A stretch of DNA of 64,000 nt, taken from NCBI GenBank assembly GCA_033977065.1, contig JAXCHI010000002.1, positions 207,233-271,232 on the forward strand, in the 5' to 3' direction. Source of the DNA: Candidatus Algichlamydia australiensis. GTDB taxonomy: Bacteria > Chlamydiota > Chlamydiia > Chlamydiales > JAJFMI01. The notes below the pieces were generated by a model, which was not told the origin of the DNA, did not search any database, and was given only the letters and a program-made list of their open reading frames with translations. How positions within the stretch are numbered: the first letter of the stretch is position 1; every line of letters starts with the position of its first letter. Positions 59,415 through 64,000 of this stretch are shown here, piece by piece. A program made the translations under genes and the position numbers.

Positions 59415-60178
59415 AAAATTACTACTTTGTTGCTGCATCTCTGCCCTCGCTCGCGCTCGATCAGGAACTTGAAATCTCCTTTGCCTCTCTTATGGAGCTT
59501 TTTGCGATGAATTTGGGGAGAGAGGATCTTGAGCAGATCACTCTTTTGCGCAGCTACTTTGATATCGAAAATCTCTTTCATCTCCTGCGTGATGAGACCC
59601 TCAACCTAAAGGGAAATCTCTTTCGTGGAGAGTTAGAAGAGGCGATTTTACATCCCGAAACTCTTCCCAATTTTCTGCAGGAGTTTTTCATTCGCTATCC
59701 CAAAGAAGAGCAGCAACTCAAAAATTCGCATATCGCCTACGAGCTCTATTTTCATTTTGCTCAAGAAGAAGCAAAAGGGTTTTTAAAACGCTACTTACAA
59801 TTTGAACGAAAGCGTCGCTTGAGTCTTGCTGCTTATCGCGCAAAAAAACAGGGACGTGACTGGGCACAAGAGCTAATTGATGAGGAGCGTTTCGACTCCT
59901 TTACTGCCTCTCTATTAGCTCAGAAAGAGGGGAAAGGGATCGAATTCTCATTTGACCTGCGTGACTTGGGAGAGAAATTGCTCAGTGTGAGCAAGCCATA
60001 TGAAGAGGCGCATATGATGGCAGAGTATCGCCTTAATAAAATAGATGATTTATCAGAATTCCCACTCTTCTCTTTTGACTACTTGGTCGCTTACACGATC
60101 AAGCTGATCATTTTAGAAGAGATGGCAAACTACGATCAGGAACTTGGAAGGGAGAAATGGAATGTCGTGTCAGGGTAG
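59411..60178 (+). CDS. V-ATPase-operon protein (DUF2764 / subunit C-like)
   Basis: 255-aa ORF overlapping atpE by 4 bp. It occupies the position held by a conserved hypothetical gene in chlamydial V-ATPase operons. Confidence 0.55.
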   Translation: MKNYYFVAASLPSLALDQELEISFASLMELFAMNLGREDLEQITLLRSYFDIENLFHLLRDETLNLKGNLFRGELEEAILHPETLPNFLQEFFIRYPKEEQQLKNSHIAYELYFHFAQEEAKGFLKRYLQFERKRRLSLAAYRAKKQGRDWAQELIDEERFDSFTASLLAQKEGKGIEFSFDLRDLGEKLLSVSKPYEEAHMMAEYRLNKIDDLSEFPLFSFDYLVAYTIKLIILEEMANYDQELGREKWNVVSG

Positions 60179-61913
60179 TGTAGTCAAAGCTTTTGGAAAC
60201 CTTCTGCATGTAAAATTTACCGGCAATGTGCGCCAAGGTGAAGTTGGTTTTGTCGAAATCGAAGGGGATAAGCTTAAAGCTGAAGTGATTGAAATCGCAG
60301 GCGATGAAGCAAAGCTTCAAGTCTTTGAAGATATGTACGACGTACAGCTCGGCTCACCTGTAGAGTTTACAGGCGATCTTTTAGAAGCCGAATTGGGTCC
60401 AGGACTGATCAGCTCGATTTTTGATGGGTTGCAAAATCCGTTAGAGCGTGTTGCTGAACAAGCAGGAATTTTTTTAACACGAGGCGTCTATATTCCACCA
60501 CTTGATCGCAAACGTACCTGGGAATTTACGCCTAAAGCAAAAGTTGGAGAGTGGGTCGAGCGCGGTGACATGCTGGGGATGACTAAAGAGAGTCGTTTTG
60601 ATCACCACATCATGGTCCCTTTTTCTCTCCGTGGACAGTGGAAACTCACTTGGCTTGCTGATGGAGGAAACTACACCGTTGATGAGCCGATAGCAAAAAT
60701 TACAAACGAAGCGGGACGCGAAGAGACGCTGACTATGTGCCAAAAGTGGCCGATCAAATTGCCGCTTATGGTCGGAAAAAAGGTCAAAGCGCGCAATATG
60801 ATGGATACCGGGCTGCGTATTCTCGATGCGCAATTTCCTGTTTTAAAAGGCGGTACCTTCTGCTCGCCAGGTCCATTTGGGGCGGGAAAAACCGTGATGC
60901 AGCACCACCTCTCAAAATACTCCTCTGTTGATCTTGTGATCGTCTGCGCCTGCGGTGAACGCGCAGGAGAGGTAGTAGAGGTGTTGCGCACCTTTCCTGA
61001 GCTGACCGACCCCCATACGGGAAAACCGCTCATTAGCCGCACAGTTATTATCTGCAATACCTCCTCTATGCCCGTGGCTGCGCGTGAAGCTTCGGTCTAT
61101 CTTGGCGCTACCATGGCGGAATACTACCGTCAAATGGGCTTAGATGTTCTGCTCCTTGCTGATTCCACCTCACGCTGGGCGCAAGCGATGCGCGAAATGT
61201 CGGGTCGACTTGAAGAGATTCCTGGAGAGGAGGCCTTTCCGGCATATCTCGCTTCCCGCATTGCAAGTTTTTATGAGCGCTCCGGAGTCCTTGAGCTGAA
61301 AAATGGCAAACAGGGATCGCTCACAATTGGTGGGACCGTTTCGCCAGCAGGCGGAAACTTTGAAGAACCGGTAACACAGGCATCCCTCTCATCTGTTGGC
61401 GCCTTCCATGGACTGTCGCGCGCGCGCTCAGACGCTCGTCGCTATCCAGCCATCGATCCGCTCATCTCCTGGTCCAAATACCTTGTTGATGTCGACCGTG
61501 AACTCTCCACAAAACTCGAAGGGTGGGGAAGCAAAGTAGAAGAGGCTTCTCGGCTTTTGCGTTTGGGGGATGAGATCGGCAAGCGTATGGAAGTTGTGGG
61601 AGAAGAGGGGATTTCGCTTGATGATCTGATTCTCTTCCTCAAATCGGAAGTCTACGAGGCGTGTTACCTCCAGCAAAACGCTTTTGATCCCGTTGACAAC
61701 TACTGTCCGATCGATCGACAAATTGAGTTGTTTAAACTTATGCAGAAAATTTTCACTGCAAAGTTTGCTTTAGAAGATGCGGATCTAGCGCGCGAGTATT
61801 TTCTCTCCTTGCAGAGTGAAATCAAAAATATGAATACGCTGCCTTACCAAACCGATAGCTATAATAAAACGTATAAAGAGATAGAGGAGAAAATCCATGG
61901 AAAAAGTCTATGA
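60162..61913 (+). CDS. atpA: V-type ATP synthase catalytic subunit A
   Basis: Walker [10 protein letters not shown] and the A-subunit non-homologous insert region. Start at ATG 60162 because the ORF-track start at 60144 is TTG. Confidence 0.95.
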   Translation: MSCQGSVVKAFGNLLHVKFTGNVRQGEVGFVEIEGDKLKAEVIEIAGDEAKLQVFEDMYDVQLGSPVEFTGDLLEAELGPGLISSIFDGLQNPLERVAEQAGIFLTRGVYIPPLDRKRTWEFTPKAKVGEWVERGDMLGMTKESRFDHHIMVPFSLRGQWKLTWLADGGNYTVDEPIAKITNEAGREETLTMCQKWPIKLPLMVGKKVKARNMMDTGLRILDAQFPVLKGGTFCSPGPFGAGKTVMQHHLSKYSSVDLVIVCACGERAGEVVEVLRTFPELTDPHTGKPLISRTVIICNTSSMPVAAREASVYLGATMAEYYRQMGLDVLLLADSTSRWAQAMREMSGRLEEIPGEEAFPAYLASRIASFYERSGVLELKNGKQGSLTIGGTVSPAGGNFEEPVTQASLSSVGAFHGLSRARSDARRYPAIDPLISWSKYLVDVDRELSTKLEGWGSKVEEASRLLRLGDEIGKRMEVVGEEGISLDDLILFLKSEVYEACYLQQNAFDPVDNYCPIDRQIELFKLMQKIFTAKFALEDADLAREYFLSLQSEIKNMNTLPYQTDSYNKTYKEIEEKIHGKSL

Positions 61914-63198
61914 TCGCATACTTAACATTCGTGGATCTCTGCTCACCGTGCGAGCCAAAGGCGCAAGACTTGGAGAGCTAGCGCGGGTCGAGCGCGGTGA
62001 CGGCGTCTCCACCCTCGCCTCTGTGCTCTCTATTGATAACGACCTTATCGTTCTCCAAGCGTTTGAAGACACACGCGGCATCTCAACAGGGGATAGCGTC
62101 ACATTTTTAGGAAAAAGAATGCGTGTACCTACTGGCAGCAGCCTTCTTGGTAGACGCCTCTCGGGAAGTGGTGAGCCGCTCGATTCAGGACCAGCTGTGC
62201 GTGGTGAAGAGTGCGATATTGGCCAGCCCTCTTTTAATCCCGTACGACGTATTGTTCCACGTGAACAAGTGCGCACCAACATTCCGATGATTGACATCTT
62301 CAACTGCCTTGTTAAATCACAAAAAATTCCGATCTTTTCTGTTGCAGGCGAGCCCTATAACAAACTTTTGATGCGCATTGGAAATCAGACCGACGCAGAT
62401 GTTGTGATCATTGGCGGGATGGGACTGCGCTACGACGATTACCAAGGATTTATCGATAACGCTGAAAGGTCAGGTTCGATTGAAAAGAGCGTCATGTTCA
62501 TTCACAAAGCGACCGACCCTGCCGTTGAGTGTCTCCTCGTTCCCGATATGGCACTTGCTGCTGCAGAGCAGTTTGCCATGCAGGGGAAAGATGTACTTGT
62601 CCTCTTAACCGACATGTCCGCTTTTGCCGATAGCATTAAAGAAATTATGATCACAATGGACCAGGTGCCCTCGAATCGCGGTTACCCCGGCTCTCTCTAT
62701 TCTGATTTAGCATCGCGCTATGAAAAAGCGGTCGACATTGAGGGGAGTGGTTCGATTACGCTCATTGCCGTCACCACTATGCCTGGTGGCGATGTGACCC
62801 ACCCCATTCCCGATAATACCGGCTATATCACCGAAGGGCAGTACTACCTGCACGGCGGCCGCATCGATCCCTTTGGCTCGCTCTCTCGACTCAAACAGCA
62901 AGTGATTGGAAGTGTAACGCGGGAAGATCACGGCGATCTAGCCAACTGCCAGATTCGTCTCTATGCTGAGTCGAAAAAAGCCAAAGAGCGTGAAAGCATG
63001 GGCTTTCGTCTTTCACGCTGGGACCAAAAGCTCATTCAGTTCTCCAAATTATTTGAAGAGCGCATGATGAACTTAAGCGTCAACATTCCCCTTGAAGAGG
63101 CGCTTGACCTTGGCTGGAAAACCTTAGCAGAGTGTTTTACACGCCATGAAATTGGACTCAAAGAAACCCTACTAAAAAAGTACTGGCCAGCCACATGA
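61897..63198 (+). CDS. atpB: V-type ATP synthase subunit B
   Basis: 433-aa ORF, F1/V1 beta-fold without a canonical P-loop. [17 protein letters not shown]-like motif ([19 protein letters not shown]). Confidence 0.95.
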   Translation: MEKVYDRILNIRGSLLTVRAKGARLGELARVERGDGVSTLASVLSIDNDLIVLQAFEDTRGISTGDSVTFLGKRMRVPTGSSLLGRRLSGSGEPLDSGPAVRGEECDIGQPSFNPVRRIVPREQVRTNIPMIDIFNCLVKSQKIPIFSVAGEPYNKLLMRIGNQTDADVVIIGGMGLRYDDYQGFIDNAERSGSIEKSVMFIHKATDPAVECLLVPDMALAAAEQFAMQGKDVLVLLTDMSAFADSIKEIMITMDQVPSNRGYPGSLYSDLASRYEKAVDIEGSGSITLIAVTTMPGGDVTHPIPDNTGYITEGQYYLHGGRIDPFGSLSRLKQQVIGSVTREDHGDLANCQIRLYAESKKAKERESMGFRLSRWDQKLIQFSKLFEERMMNLSVNIPLEEALDLGWKTLAECFTRHEIGLKETLLKKYWPAT

Positions 63199-63797
63199 TT
63201 CGATTAACGAAGAACGAGTTGCGTGATCAACAACTGAAAAAAACACAACTCTCTCGTTACCTGCCAACACTGCAATTGAAAAAAGCATTGCTCCAAGCTG
63301 AAGTCAATCAGGCAACCTTAGAAATTGACCATTTAAAAGAGCTTGAAAAGAGGGAAGAGCAGCTTGTAACAGAGTTCCATAAACTCCTTTCGGCCCCCAA
63401 TATTGCCCCACTACTCGATGCATGCAAGATTCTTAACGTCCAAAAAGGCAAAGAGAATATTGCAGGAGTCGATATTCCGACCTACAAGTCGATCGAGTTT
63501 GCTCCCGTTGAGTACCCGCTCATATCGACCCCACTCTGGTGGGATAACGCCTTAGAACAGCTACGCGCCACATTGATAGCAAAAGAAAAAATTCGAATTG
63601 CTAAAGAGAAGAAACACCTGCTTGAAAAAGAGCTGCGCGAAGTCTCCATCCGCGTGAACCTCTTTGAAAAAATTCTCATTCCGCGAGCAGAACAAAACAT
63701 TCGCAAAATCAAAGTCTTTCTTGGTGACCAGGAGCTTGCCGCAGTCTCGCAAGCCAAAGCAGCCAAACGCAAAATCTACCTTCGAGGTGGCCGATGA
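63195..63797 (+). CDS. atpD: V-type ATP synthase subunit D
   Basis: 200-aa coiled-coil protein starting LTKNEL...[12 protein letters not shown]. 4-bp overlaps with both neighbours. Confidence 0.85.
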   Translation: MIRLTKNELRDQQLKKTQLSRYLPTLQLKKALLQAEVNQATLEIDHLKELEKREEQLVTEFHKLLSAPNIAPLLDACKILNVQKGKENIAGVDIPTYKSIEFAPVEYPLISTPLWWDNALEQLRATLIAKEKIRIAKEKKHLLEKELREVSIRVNLFEKILIPRAEQNIRKIKVFLGDQELAAVSQAKAAKRKIYLRGGR

Positions 63798-64000
63798 TTA
63801 TTAAAGTGCGCAAATACCTCTTTGTTGGAGCCAAACAGGAGCTGGATACATTCTATGCGCGTGCACAGCAAGCGGGCTTGATGGAGTTCATCTCTTCAAA
63901 AGGGCGCAAACGCATCGAATACCCCGATAAGATTTACAACTTGATCAAGGCAATTAAAATTTTAAAAAAAGAGCCAGAGCAACTTCCTGGCCAGCCCGTA
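63794..64000 (+). CDS. atpI: V-type ATP synthase subunit I (5' fragment, runs off the window)
   Basis: [32 protein letters not shown]... in the conserved position after atpD. Confidence 0.7.
   Translation, partial: MIIKVRKYLFVGAKQELDTFYARAQQAGLMEFISSKGRKRIEYPDKIYNLIKAIKILKKEPEQLPGQPV

Overview
Motif and synteny reading only; I had no search tools. The window looks like a chromosomal segment of a Chlamydiota member, probably an environmental or amoeba-associated lineage, but species cannot be assigned from sequence alone. Supporting hallmarks are a eukaryote-like type-2 IleRS, an unusually long LepB, the block tRNA-Thr/tuf/tRNA-Trp/secE/nusG/rplKAJL/rpoBC, and a V-type ATPase operon (atpE, DUF2764-like gene, atpA, atpB, atpD, atpI). 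A MYG1 homologue and a membrane protein with Inc-like bilobed hydrophobic domains fit the same picture. Other core genes are infA, sufE, tkt, tal, a frameshifted pyrG, a CDF transporter, a ThiXYZ-like ABC importer and a Lol/MacB-like ABC exporter. 

Between tkt (about 19.4 kb) and a tRNA-Met(CAT) (29.8 kb) lies an accessory-looking stretch. It holds two APH-family kinases (one APH(9)-like), a racemase with a signal-like N-terminus coupled to ada, an RBBP9-like hydrolase, a NUDIX hydrolase and a Vga/Msr-like ABC-F ATPase. It also holds a methyltransferase, an aldo-keto reductase, a DUF1328 gene with an in-frame TAA at codon 3, and a decayed RhuM pseudogene. 

The most unusual sequence-level signal is a web of modular non-coding repeats. 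A 161-bp MITE-like element with 17-bp terminal inverted repeats occurs twice, and one copy sits on a stop codon. A second family bounded by ACTAGTACTCTGTAACAGAAAAT-type inverted repeats has a 307-bp copy, a 488-bp copy abutting the rpoC stop codon, and degenerate relatives at about 3.4, 32.2 and 41.4 kb. No transposase, integrase, CRISPR array, rRNA or recognisable defence operon was seen. 

Candidate host-interaction or novel proteins are a 989-aa membrane-anchored LRR protein with two IpaH/SspH-like N-cap modules, a 704-aa protein with a C-terminal LOG/PpnN-like domain, a signal-anchored sulfotransferase, and a GAMT/RMT2-like methyltransferase with a large insertion. All family assignments rest on motifs and on sequences recalled from memory, so they need database confirmation.
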